Assembly: GCA_013265495.1 (NCBI GenBank)
Contig: MU058059.1
Coordinates: 1,587,502 to 1,651,501 of the forward strand
DNA from: Vicugna vicugna
Taxonomy: Eukaryota
DNA length: 64,000 bases
Direction: 5' to 3'
Positions 47,301 to 58,082 of the stretch are shown here, one piece after another (positions within the stretch are counted from its first letter, which is position 1; each line of letters opens with the position of its first letter). Below the pieces are notes generated by a model. The model made no database searches. It saw only the letters and a list, made by a program, of their open reading frames with translations, and was not told the origin of the DNA. The translations under genes and the position numbers were made by a program.

Positions 47301-48959
47301 CTTATTTTTTTAAAGATCGTTATTAAAGATGAACTTGTATTTGAACCAAAACCCAGGTGATATTTATAGTCCTGGTATTGGGACGGATAACTCTACCTTT
47401 ACAGGAAATGTGGCATTGACTTTCTATACTATCCGTCACACTCAACTCAGGTATTATGAAAAGGAGGCAATTAAAAGAAATTATAAGAGTTTAAAATAAG
47501 ATCAGAACCCAGGTGAATTTGCCTCCACAGCCCGAGTTCACTGCTTCGGTGTTCTACTTGACTTCAACTTAAACCTGTTTAAATAATTGTTTTTCTGGAA
47601 TATGCCTAACAGTATATTGATTCAGTTAACTCCAATCTGATGTAACACTAAAATCTTCTCTTGTGTTATTCTCCACTCAGTTTCAGTTTGCTCCCTAGCA
47701 TTTTGTCAGAGCCAGAAACAAGCAACTTATTGATGACACAAGGAGTGAGTGACTACACGGGCAACGAGCAATGAGTGGACACTGTGGTGGGATTTAAACC
47801 ATTCTCTTATCAGTAGACGCTGAAGGCCCACATCTTATCCATGCCCTGGGTTAAAGATACCATAAGGGCACCAGCCACAATAGAAATGTAGGTGGACTGA
47901 TACTGGGAGGTTCTTGTGCTACGTAAAATATGCTTCATTAATTTGGCCATCGAAACTCAGAAACTGCCCAATGAAAAACATAACAAGTAAGATGTGGAAA
48001 AGCCATGTCTGTTATCGGAGAGGAACAGAACACAGCTAGTAGCAAGATCCTTGTGCCTTTGTAGCAGATCTGGGGGAAGGTTACGGCAGCCGGTAACTGC
48101 AGGTCCACGTAGACTCCCCAGAAGGATGGAAGCTCTGTCTTGTTTATAGAAACGGAGCAGAAAATAACCTCCACGAAACCTTGGTAGAGAGCAGAGTAAT
48201 TTTCTAAACAACCGTGTGTTTTCTTGTATGGAAAGCCTAAGGCTTTTTCATCTTCATCTGTCTTTGATGCTGGGGAATCTGCTTCTGTCCTGGGACAGGG
48301 CAGTTACTCAGCCCCCACTGCTCTGATCTTCCCCTTGACTGCAGTCTGGTGCCTGCTGTGCATATTTGTTCTCCCCCTGCTTTGTTCCAGAATCAATTGT
48401 GTACCAGGCATGAACGAGGCATTCTGCTGGGGTTTTTTCATCCATTCCTTCCAGGAACTCTGAGAGTAGGTAGAGTAGGTGTCACACGCCCCTTTGATCG
48501 TGGAGAAGCTAAGGTGCTGAGCAATTAAGAAGCTTGCTTAAGGCCAGGGAGCTAGGACCCCGCAGAGCTGAGACTTCCCTTTGCAGAAATGCTGGCTGCC
48601 TGCCTCTGATTTTCTTCCCTGACTCCAGGTCAGTGGAGGCACTTCTCTTTTGTACACCCTGCCTAGAGTCCACATTCAATTTCTTAATTAAAAAACCCAA
48701 CAATTTAGAGGGACATCACAGATTTTACCTCTTTCTTACAACTTTTTTTTCTCTTCTCTCTTTTTTTAAACCGCTTTGTCACATGGGTTTGACATTTTAA
48801 TCCATCTTTCCTTGGACTCTGCACTTACTCAGCCCCAGCTCCTCACCACCTTTGAGAATTTGGTAAGAAATCAGAGGGAATAAATCTCAAACTGAGAAAA
48901 CCCTAATGGTCCATTAGTCACTTTCTGAGTCAATAGTTACTCCTGGAAATGCCGTCATT

Positions 48960-49860
48960 CCGGAATTCACTCCTCAGCTAATATGAAGAGTGTAAGTGAA
49001 TCCATTAAAATGGCTTTGGCACCGAACACGCAGAGGGGAGGTAATGGTGCCGGGTCGCAGAAGGGCTCGCTGTCAAAATTCGTTACTGCGGAGTAGACAC
49101 TGCTTCACACAGAGGGGATACTCGCCAGCCAGAGGGAAAGGAGACAGTCGTCACTGCACAACCCACGGAAGGAATTCCACACAGAAGAGGATCCTGCTGT
49201 ACTTTCTACCCGTTATCTTGGCTCCTAACGTATCCTCAGGGTCGGGCTGTGAGAAGTTGCACTTGGGCTTGTCCTTTAATGTCTAACGGGACTCTGATTT
49301 TTAAAGCTGAAGATGATCCAGCCGAAACAGAACACCATAGACGGACGCCTCTACTGCAGGAGTCTTCGTGCTGGAAGTGTACATACACAAACGCCTTCTG
49401 CGTGGGCAGCGCTATCCAAGCATAGCCGTGTGCTTCCTGTGGCTGTTTTTGTTTCACCTTAGCCCATTAACCCCCCAAGGATTTCCCTTTCTGCCCCCGC
49501 GCTGGGGAGACGGGGGACTGGGCTTGGTGCCAGCAGACGAGTTACTGGGGATGCTCTCCGGTTCTCAGGGTTTCTGAATCCGCAGTGTGCCCAGTCCCGG
49601 CGCTGAATGCTGCTCAGTACTGGGTGCCCCCCAACACAGGCACGATGTGCACGAGGAACAAGAGGGCCTCCAGAAACCTCCGGCAGCCCAGGTGCTCACG
49701 GCCAGTGAAAGTGAGGCCACGGGAGGCGGGTGGGGATATACTTGGTGACTTGCTCCCTGCGGTACTCAGTCTACAGGGTGTCCTGCAGAGAAAAAGTAAG
49801 TAAATCCAGTCCCTGCCACCGACGAGGCCACCTTCTTCTTGGACTCCCAGGCGCTCGCAC
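48960..49860. promoter_or_regulatory. weak CpG-island-like unique region
   Basis: About 42 CpG in 900 bp by hand count, visibly above most flanking sequence and not within a recognisable repeat. Confidence 0.35.
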
Positions 49861-51424
49861 TTGTGATTTGCAGTGTCCTGTGCCCAGCTGTTTACATAAT
49901 TGAGCCACACGTTCCTCATCTGTTTAACAAGCATAAACCCAGGTTGGGAACCTGTGATCATACGCCTTCTGCAACCTCCCAGTGTAAGTCCAAGGCAGCC
50001 CCTGTTTCTCTGAGCCTCTGGGTGTGCATGTGTGAGTGTCTGCAGGGGTGTGTGTGCCATGTGTACACATACAGGGACGTGGTAATACAGATCTAAAGAG
50101 AGTTCTCAAGGCCATTTAAACTCCTATCTCCAGGAAAGTGGATTTCCTCTACAAACAGGTAATCAAAACAAATCTGAACTCCCAAAGCTGTGTGTGCCTA
50201 AAACTTAGGTGAAAATTCAACCAATTACCATGTGCTTCTGTTTCCTTAGGGATGTGTGTTCCGGAAGAGAAAACATTGGCATCCTATCCATCAAAGTAGA
50301 GAACACATTGTTTTTATCTCTTTGCCTAGAAGTTTCAGGAATTTCCATTATATCCTGTGGGAATTGAAACATCCTTCACAGATAATCTGCTTCGTGTTTC
50401 ATCCTCTGTCTTACCTACCATACATTCCTTATGCATATACTTATGTTAAGAAAGAGATCTTTATTTATTTAAAATGATACTGTTTGAAAATCAACAATTT
50501 GGCATTAGTTAACAAACTCTCTCATAAAATATTTACAGCCAGAAGAACCCTGTTTTGTAACACCTACTTGGACTTCTGATAAAGTTGTATGTATATGGTT
50601 ACTAATGGCCAGTGTGTCTGATTTGATGTATGTTAGGGCAGTGTTTGGCACTCCCCCAATCGTGTGTTCATCTGAGTTATGTGCTTTTGACAAGGCAGAT
50701 CTCATGTATGTGTTATAAGTGTGGCCTTGGGGAATGCAGGTATGGGGATTACAAATGTTAGTGAGCTAAGAGTGGATGAATAAATAGAAAAAGGGCAGAA
50801 CCCAGACACTACGACCATATCTGGCTGGGAAATCAGGAGAAGGAACTAGGGTTGGTATAAACAAAGAGCAGAGGGAGTCTGGGTTAATCAGAGCAGCAGC
50901 TATCCGTGCAGTTTGTGGATATGCACCTGGCTAGGGGCGGGGTTGGAGTGGGAGCTCAGGGAGATAGGCAGGTGGCCCAAAGATTCTGGGCGTGGAGTAT
51001 CTTCCTGTGCCTTGTGCCTGCTGTCTTGTCCCTTTAGCTAAACGATATCATTCACCAGAGGCCACTAGTTTCAAAATAAGCAACTCTCTTTAGAAAAAAG
51101 TATTCATGTTTGAAATTCAAAAATCTGTGTTATATATTATTAAAGACTTTAATATTACTGATTTGTTTTCCTCAAACCCTGGAAAGTTTCTTAGGAGGCT
51201 GTCGGGTGCATTGTCCTTTCTGTTGTTCAGAATGATAAATCTAGGGGCTGTACCTTAGTACATTATCAGGGGAAGAGACACTAAAAGGAAACCAGTTTTT
51301 CCAAAAAATAATCATGTTCATTTATATGGTCGAACATCTTGACAGTTCCGGTGGCAGGTGAGAGGATGCCCAGGATGGGGAGGTAGCATCCGCGCCGGAA
51401 GCAGTCACATGGCATGGAGGTGGG

Positions 51425-51597
51425 TGGGGAAGGTGGGTCTCCAGCTTGCCGGCTGACTGCAGATCCTGGGACTTCTCAGTGTTCATAATTGCAGGATCCA
51501 ATCCCTTATTATATATGCATAATTTATGTGTAATTTACATAATTTGTATTTTATATATGTATAATTTACCCAATAGGATATACTGGGAATACACTAC
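51425..51597 (-). mobile_element. MLT2-like LTR fragment
   Basis: TCTCCAGCTTGCCGGCTG...GCAGATCCTGGGACTTCTCAG..TTCATAATTGCA...CAATCCCTTA followed by an AT-rich tract. Strand is tentative. Confidence 0.6.
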
Positions 51598-53689
51598 TGC
51601 AGCACAAGGGCTGTAGGGCTCAACACAGCAATGCAAGGGCATCCGTTCTCCACTTGACCACTGACGACTGTGCAGCATCCTTCAGGCCTGGTCAAGGATG
51701 CAGGGACAGGAGGCTGAGCAGCTCTCAGGTGGGATGACTGAAGGGGACCAGCACTGCATTGTCAGTCGCCCGAGGTCGGGAACAGGGAGTTGGCACAAGG
51801 TAGATGCTCTATAAATTTCTGTGGAGTGAATGCAGGAGGGCAGGAGTGAATGGAGGCTGGACAGGGTGACAAATGGTCCTAGGGGAAAGGCCTGCACCTC
51901 CACAGGATGCAGCGGATGGCAGCAGGGGAGGCGTGGGGGCAGGGGGTAGGGAGCTATTGCTCAGGGTGGGAAGTTTAATGCTCCAGAAATTCAGCCGGGC
52001 TGTGTTTCCTGTCTGTCCTTGGGCATTCTCCCTGGAGGTGCTGCTGCTTGGGAAGCAGTTATTGCACTGATAGCCACCAAGTAATTAAGTTGTTTCAAGC
52101 TTGGAAAGTTTGTTCTCCGACTAATTAATTTTTATGTATGTAGCTGTTCACTGAACATTGTTCTAATCCTGCACCATGAACATCACCACCTCGTGTACCG
52201 TAGGCACCATTAGATTGGCGTTAGCAGCCACTAGGGAATATTTTATGATGTGTGCTGATAAATTCCCAAGACGGATGAATTTGAGATGTTTATGAGTACC
52301 CTGTAAAATAAACCTGATTGGACTTCCCTCGTGGATGTCTTGGCATTTATGGTTAAAATCGTGTAATGCAGTAAAGTTTGCACAATGTGGAAAACTCAGC
52401 AAGCACTGTGAGAACACCATCTTTTTATCAGCATCTGCTATGCCAGAAAAATAAAACTATAACACACTGTGTAGCAGTGGAAACTAAATAGGTTTTACGT
52501 CTCCTGCTGTGAAATACTGGGACAGTCCTGAAAACTTTGAGAGTCAGTTCATCAATGTCACTTAAGAAAGAGTTTTTGAGGATTTGTACTTTTCTTAAGA
52601 GAGCTGATAGCCACCAGATAATATGGGAGAGTAGTGATAGTCCTTTGAAAGAAAAGTCAGACAAAAGGCACTGTACACTTTGCACTGTCAAGCATATACT
52701 ATAAATAAAATATGATCCTACTCATATAGGCACGTGAATAATGACCTGTCCCTTCAGAACACACTGAGGGGACAGGCTAGTTTCCTTACTCCACCGTTAG
52801 AGATGCGTACTATGCTGACATATTGGCTATCTTCTCCATGAAGACATTTCCTCAGAGAAGCGCTAAAAAGGAAGATTCTGGAAGCCTGCACAAATACCTC
52901 ACCTGCCCGCAGCCCAGGCCAACGCTCCTTTAAGGCAAAAAAAACTCATTAGTTATTTTTCAACCCATCAAATTTTCCATTAGATGGTTACTATCGTATT
53001 GGTTGAGATTACTAAAAAAATTTTGAATAACTGAATAATAACATACTTAATAAAATATAATGAGGAGTCACTAGAAGCTGCCTGTAATATTTGCCAGTTA
53101 CAGGTTGGGAATTAAAGAAGCTTCCCTGGAATGTGTTAACAGCCCCTGAAAGTGACAGCTTGGCGGTCACGTGGTAGACACCGCAGGGGACTTCCGTCCA
53201 GCATCACGGAGTGGGCAGGGTGGGACGGCTGGGTTTGTAATCCTCGCCCACACTTCATCTGCGTTTTCTAGTTCTCTGAAATCCCTAAAGTAGCTGCGGA
53301 TTTCCTGAGAGCAAGATGTATTTTTAAAATATCAGAACTGTAGTTAGAGAATAGATTTGGGATGAATAAATCATAACATGGTAGTTTGAGTTGGCCAGAT
53401 TCTTGTCTTCCCATTAAAAAAAATCATTTCTGAATGAAAGCTAGCATAAAAATGTACACTGCTTTGTAAACATGGTGTGTAAAACCTGGTACCTTGTACC
53501 TGGACTCTTGGCTGCAGAAACTTCCCTCTGGACCGCCCAAAGCCTCACTAGTCTGTGTGCTGCAGAGAAGCCGTGGTCACCGGGGCAGCTGGCTTTTTTA
53601 AGTTCTAACAGGAAAAGTGACTATCACCCAAACCCAAGCGAAACTGAAGATGGAAAAGAAGCATCAGATAGAATAAAAGGGAAGAGAAC

Positions 53690-53875
53690 AACCATTTATT
53701 GAGCACTTACTGTGTACCAGTGGCTTTGTAAACCTTGCCTCATTCACCTCTCGTAATAACCTTAGAAGCCGGGTTTCAGAATTCTCAGTTTACAGACTGG
53801 GAAACTGCAGCTCAGAAAGGTGGGATGAGTTGCCCAAAGTTACTCCCATAGCTAGGTGAGCACCCAGGTCTGACG
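53690..53875 (-). mobile_element. MIR SINE
   Basis: ACCATTTATTGAGCACTTACTGTGTACCAG...TTTACAGACTGGGAAACTGCAGCTCAGAAAGG...TTGCCCAAAGTTAC. Confidence 0.85.
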
Positions 53876-54116
53876 ATTTACCTCTTATGAATTATTCACA
53901 AGGGCAGCCCCTTCTGTCCTCCCAGGGCAGAGGAATCTCTGCAGGTTTGGGGTCAGTGAGCGCCTGCCTCCTCAGGACCAGGCACCGAGTTAGGCGTCAG
54001 GGTCTGAGTAACAGTTGAGGTCAGTCCCCAAAGAGGCTGAGAGATGGTCCAGCCCTTCCTCACTGCAACAAGGACCTCGGGATGAACCTGCTGCTTCTGA
54101 TAACTATACTTGTGTT

Positions 54117-54305
54117 GGCAGGAGGTACAGCTCAGTGGTAGAGTGCCTGCTTAGCATGCACAAGGTCCTGGGTTCAATCCCCAGTGCCTCCATTAAAAAA
54201 AAAAAAGTTGAATAAAAGTAAATAAATAAGTAGACTTAATTACTCCCCCCCAACTTTTTTTTTAAAGTAAAAAAAAAAAACCCAAAACAACAACAACAAC
54301 AGCAA
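54117..54305 (+). mobile_element. tRNA-derived SINE (camelid Vic-1-like)
   Basis: Head GGAGGTACAGCTCAGTGGTAGAGTGCCTGCTTAGCATGCACAAGGTCCTGGGTTCAATCCCCAGTGCCTCCA with Pol III A and B boxes, then an A-rich linker and A/(CAA)n tail. TSD AACTATACTTGTGT (54102-54115) / AACTATAATCGTGT (54306-54319), 12/14. Confidence 0.9.
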
Positions 54306-56224
54306 AACTATAATCGTGTCCAAAGCCATCCAAGTTACTTGTTTGGTCCTAGCAAGACAGCTGCTGCACAGTGAGTACCAGGACCTCACACCCCCCGCCC
54401 CAGTGTGGAAGCCGGGCAAAGCCAGAGCCCTCCAATGGCAGCTAAGAAGCTTTCGGTCTGCAAGCTACAGAGAACCGAAAAGAGCTCCTGCAGCTCCTGT
54501 AGCCGTTTCGGACAGCAGATTGGATGATGAATGATGTGCGTAACACATTCCTCCACGACCTCTGGGGTTTTCTGCTGGCTACCTTTGAATCTCTGGTTTC
54601 AAAGAGGGAAATAATTCCAACTCTTCCATTCTGTTTGGTCGCCCAGGCTGGGCAGAGGGGTTAGGAGGCGACTTGACATTTATGTTTTAACTGCTCAATA
54701 TGTTAAACAATTCCCCCATTGTTTCCCCAAGCTGCTGCAACTGCCTGGCTTCCAATCAGTATTTCTCCTCCAGGACTGTTTTCTCTTCCTGCCTACTGAG
54801 AAATGATAACTGGTTTCCCTCAAGAAGATTCTGTTACCCCAAAGTTACCCGGGAAAAACCAACATCATTCTGTTATGAGGCCTTTAAAAATATGTTGATG
54901 ATGTAGCAAAGGTTTCCTCTGATTAAGACTGAAGAAAGGGAGGGAAAGGAAAGGGAAGGGAATATACGATGGAACATGAGCAAAGCAGTCGTGCCGGTGA
55001 GAAGAGGCAGCCGTGCTGGGAAGGGGCCACTGCAGGATGAGTATTCATTCCTTCTATGAGCCGAGGAACGTCGTTACCAGAAGACACTCACTCCCTAGCC
55101 TGGCTGGTTAACTGAGATGTCACTGATCCCCGACAATGGTCACCAAGAGAATCAGCAGCTAGCAGTCACATTGTTCTGGAGACAATGAGAAAGTCTGGCA
55201 AGGAGAAGGTCACTTACATACACAGCATTCCTGCAGGGCCCGCGTTCCCTCCTTCCCGGGCACAGGCGCTTCCTGGCCAGCCTCCTGTGCGGCAGCTGCT
55301 CGGCCACCTGACAGCTGAGGGCTTAACCAGCTGCACTCATTTCCGTTACATCCAGAGGTGACAAGGACAGCGATTCCCAAGGGCTCGGAGCCAACGTGGG
55401 AACGGCAGAGAGAGAGACAGCCCCAGTCCGTGGGACAGCTCAGGCCTCCCTGCGACTCAGAACCCTGCCAACACCTCCTGATGGCCCCGGGCTCTTGGAG
55501 TTACTTGTTGGGTCATAGATTCGGGTCTTACCTCCACTCCACCACTCAGATTTTGAGCAAATTGTGGGTATGGTGTCCAATGTTTAATAATTACGTATTA
55601 ACTTTTTTCCTGGTGCCTGCATTGGGCTAATGACACAGAGGATTGAGAAATTGTCTTTTCTTGATTATGAATCAATAAAAATGAAAAAAAAAATTGTCTT
55701 TTCTTGAAGAAGATTCTAGTGATGAAGTTGATACCATAAGCAGGTAAACAGTACAATGTAAGGGCAGTGGGGGTCAGTTCGAAGCCACTTAGAATCACAG
55801 GGAGAATGGGGCTAATTGTGCCTTGGACTTCTCAGGACCTTGAGCAATGATGGCAAGGCTGCTGCTGGCTGGGTGTGGACTCAGAGCTGTCCTGGGGAGA
55901 GATGGGCCAGCTGTGCCTTAACATGGGTGCAGAGGGGTGGGGGAGCCCCGAGCTCTCAGCCTAGCCACTGTGTGACTTTCCTGGCCATTAACATCTCGGC
56001 CTCCTATCTCTTTCAAAATGGAAGCCGTGGACACCGAAATCTGTTAATCTCTTCTAGCTGAAGATGTTGCATTTTTGTAAAATGTTTCCATTTGTCCAAT
56101 AGACACAAAAACTGTCGATGCTGGTGGGGGTGTGGGTGTGGTCTGAAAGGGTCACAGTGTCACTTAGCAGCCCTTTCCTTACCTTTTCTTAAGGGCAGTA
56201 GTGGTCACTGAGATCTCACTCCAA

Positions 56225-56455
56225 GACAGGAGCTACACTAAGCACTTTGTTCACATGAAACAACTCTCATCGTCAACGAGCCTGTGGGAAAGTCACTGTG
56301 ATGATAATCTTCAGTTTGCAAAGGAAGACATAAGACATAGAGACCTGGAGAGGTCAGCACACTCACCCAAGGTCACACAGCCACTGAGACAGAGCTGGAG
56401 TGAAGATGGAGACAGTCAGACCCCAGAGCCTCCGTTCCTGACCATCACTTTATAA
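56225..56455 (-). mobile_element. MIR SINE
   Basis: ACTAAGCACTTTG...CTCACCCAAGGTCACACAGC...CAGACCCCAGAGCC. Confidence 0.7.
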
Positions 56456-57749
56456 GGCTTCCCCAAATTCCCTGCCAGCAGCCGTGGATGGATGCTAGTT
56501 CTCTGCACAGTAAGAAGTTTCACTCTGAAACAGAGATAAGGAGAAAGTTCAAAGAGAGTTCGCTATAGAGTGCCTCAAAACAATTTATAGGAGCTGGAAG
56601 GAGAAACGAAAGGGAAGACAGAATCAGAGATAAGCAGACTGCTGACGGGAGTGAAGTCCTATTACGAGGAGAGTGAATCGGTGGAACGGTTCTGGCACCG
56701 ACATGACTTCAGATCTCAGTTGGGAACAGCCATCTCAGAAGTGATGCGACATGAGATTCGGGAACAGTAGAAAAACCTGCACCGGGCTCCTCCAACGCAT
56801 TTATAGGCCTAACAAAAGCATTCACTGTCACTCACAGCACTGAGCAACTTTGCTGCAAGGAGTCCCCGAGCGTCGTGATGGTACAGGAACTACCTGGACA
56901 AGTGTTTGGCCACAATTCAATTTAAATTGAATAAACACCTGCTGAGAATATAATATAATTTGCCATCCCCCCACTCACCTTCACTAACTGGCATGAACAC
57001 CATCTCCTTATACATCCTTCCCCACCCCTTCCCCCCAGAGAGGAGCACAGAACTCTCCTCCCCTTAGGACCGGGCAAGCCCCAAGCCCACATGTCGGGGA
57101 GGAGGTCCGAGTAGAGACCTGTGTGGAAGAAAACAAAAGGACGGCCTTCCTGACGGTTTTCCCAGCCCTAGGTTTGGTGCAGCATTAGCTCTTCTCTCCA
57201 GCAGGAAAGACAAGAATAATCAAACTAGACAAACTAAATTTCATAGCAATTGATTTTTGCTGAACTCACGTATCCTTGGTCTTACTCTATCATCTATTTC
57301 AAAAGACTTTACCATCCTTATGTTAAAAGACTTAGGGTAATCATTTGGGTCTCGGTAATTTCTTTTACAGTAAAAGTGAAAGCATATTCAATATAATGAA
57401 TCAAAACAATCTTAACATCCTTTCACTTGGCAGCGACAGGGTCTTCATCATGATCTACGTGCTTCCCACGTAGGTAAATAATGACGAGGAAACGTTAGGA
57501 GCGTGGCTGGTAGCCATGTATTTTAAGTGCTTATCCTTGAGCAATTTTTCATAAGGACTATTCAATTTCATTTCCAAAGGAAATGAGAAAATAAGATTCT
57601 TACTATCCAAAGCTAAGGGCGTCATGCAATGGTTTACTTAACAGTGTTCAGGATACTATATACCTATCTTTTTAGTTAGGGAATGTGCAAATTCCCCAAG
57701 AAGAGAGGGGCATGGCACAAAAAGAGCCTGTATAGATGTCTGTTTCAAT

Positions 57750-57920
57750 CAGGACCCGTATAGTCACCAAAACCCACGGATGTTCAAGTTCCTTGTATGA
57801 AATGGTGAGGCACAGTGAATACAGGCGACTCTCAGTATTCGCAGGTTTTGTGTTCGCGGGTTTTGCATCCATGGGTTTTGCATCTGCGCGTTTTGCATCC
57901 ACGCATTCAAGCAACAGCTC
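57750..57920. mobile_element. Tigger/MER2-like DNA transposon fragment with internal 15-bp tandem array
   Basis: CCAAAACCCACGGATGTTCAAGTTCCTTGTATGAAATGG, then TACAGGCGACTCTC.GTATTCGCAGGTTTTG...CATCCACGCATTCAA. Four 15-nt units at 57836-57895. Confidence 0.7.
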
Positions 57921-57927
57921 ATCCTTC

Positions 57928-58082
57928 AGAGTCTCAGTGGCATTATTGATGAAATAGGGCTACAAATAGTCCTTCCCTCGCGTAGGGTGTGGACGAAATT
58001 AACTAGCAGCTATCTAATTTTGTAAAGCCCTTAGACTTCCTCCTGACACATAGGAGGGGATGGATAAATATTAGCTGCTATC
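57928..58082 (+). mobile_element. MIR SINE 3' half
   Basis: GTCTCAGT...CCTCGCGTAGGGTGTG...TGTAAAGCCCTTAGA...CCTGACACATAG...ATAAATATTAGCTGCTA. Confidence 0.7.

Noticed and set aside
54121..54192. tRNA gene (Ala-like)
   Set aside because: It is followed by a SINE body, A-rich tail and TSD, and the stems are imperfect.
57371..57473. Possible plus-strand exon (TTTTACAG ... AG|GTAAAT)
   Set aside because: The open frame ends in TAG at the donor, the peptide is unrecognised, and such site pairs are expected by chance in 64 kb.
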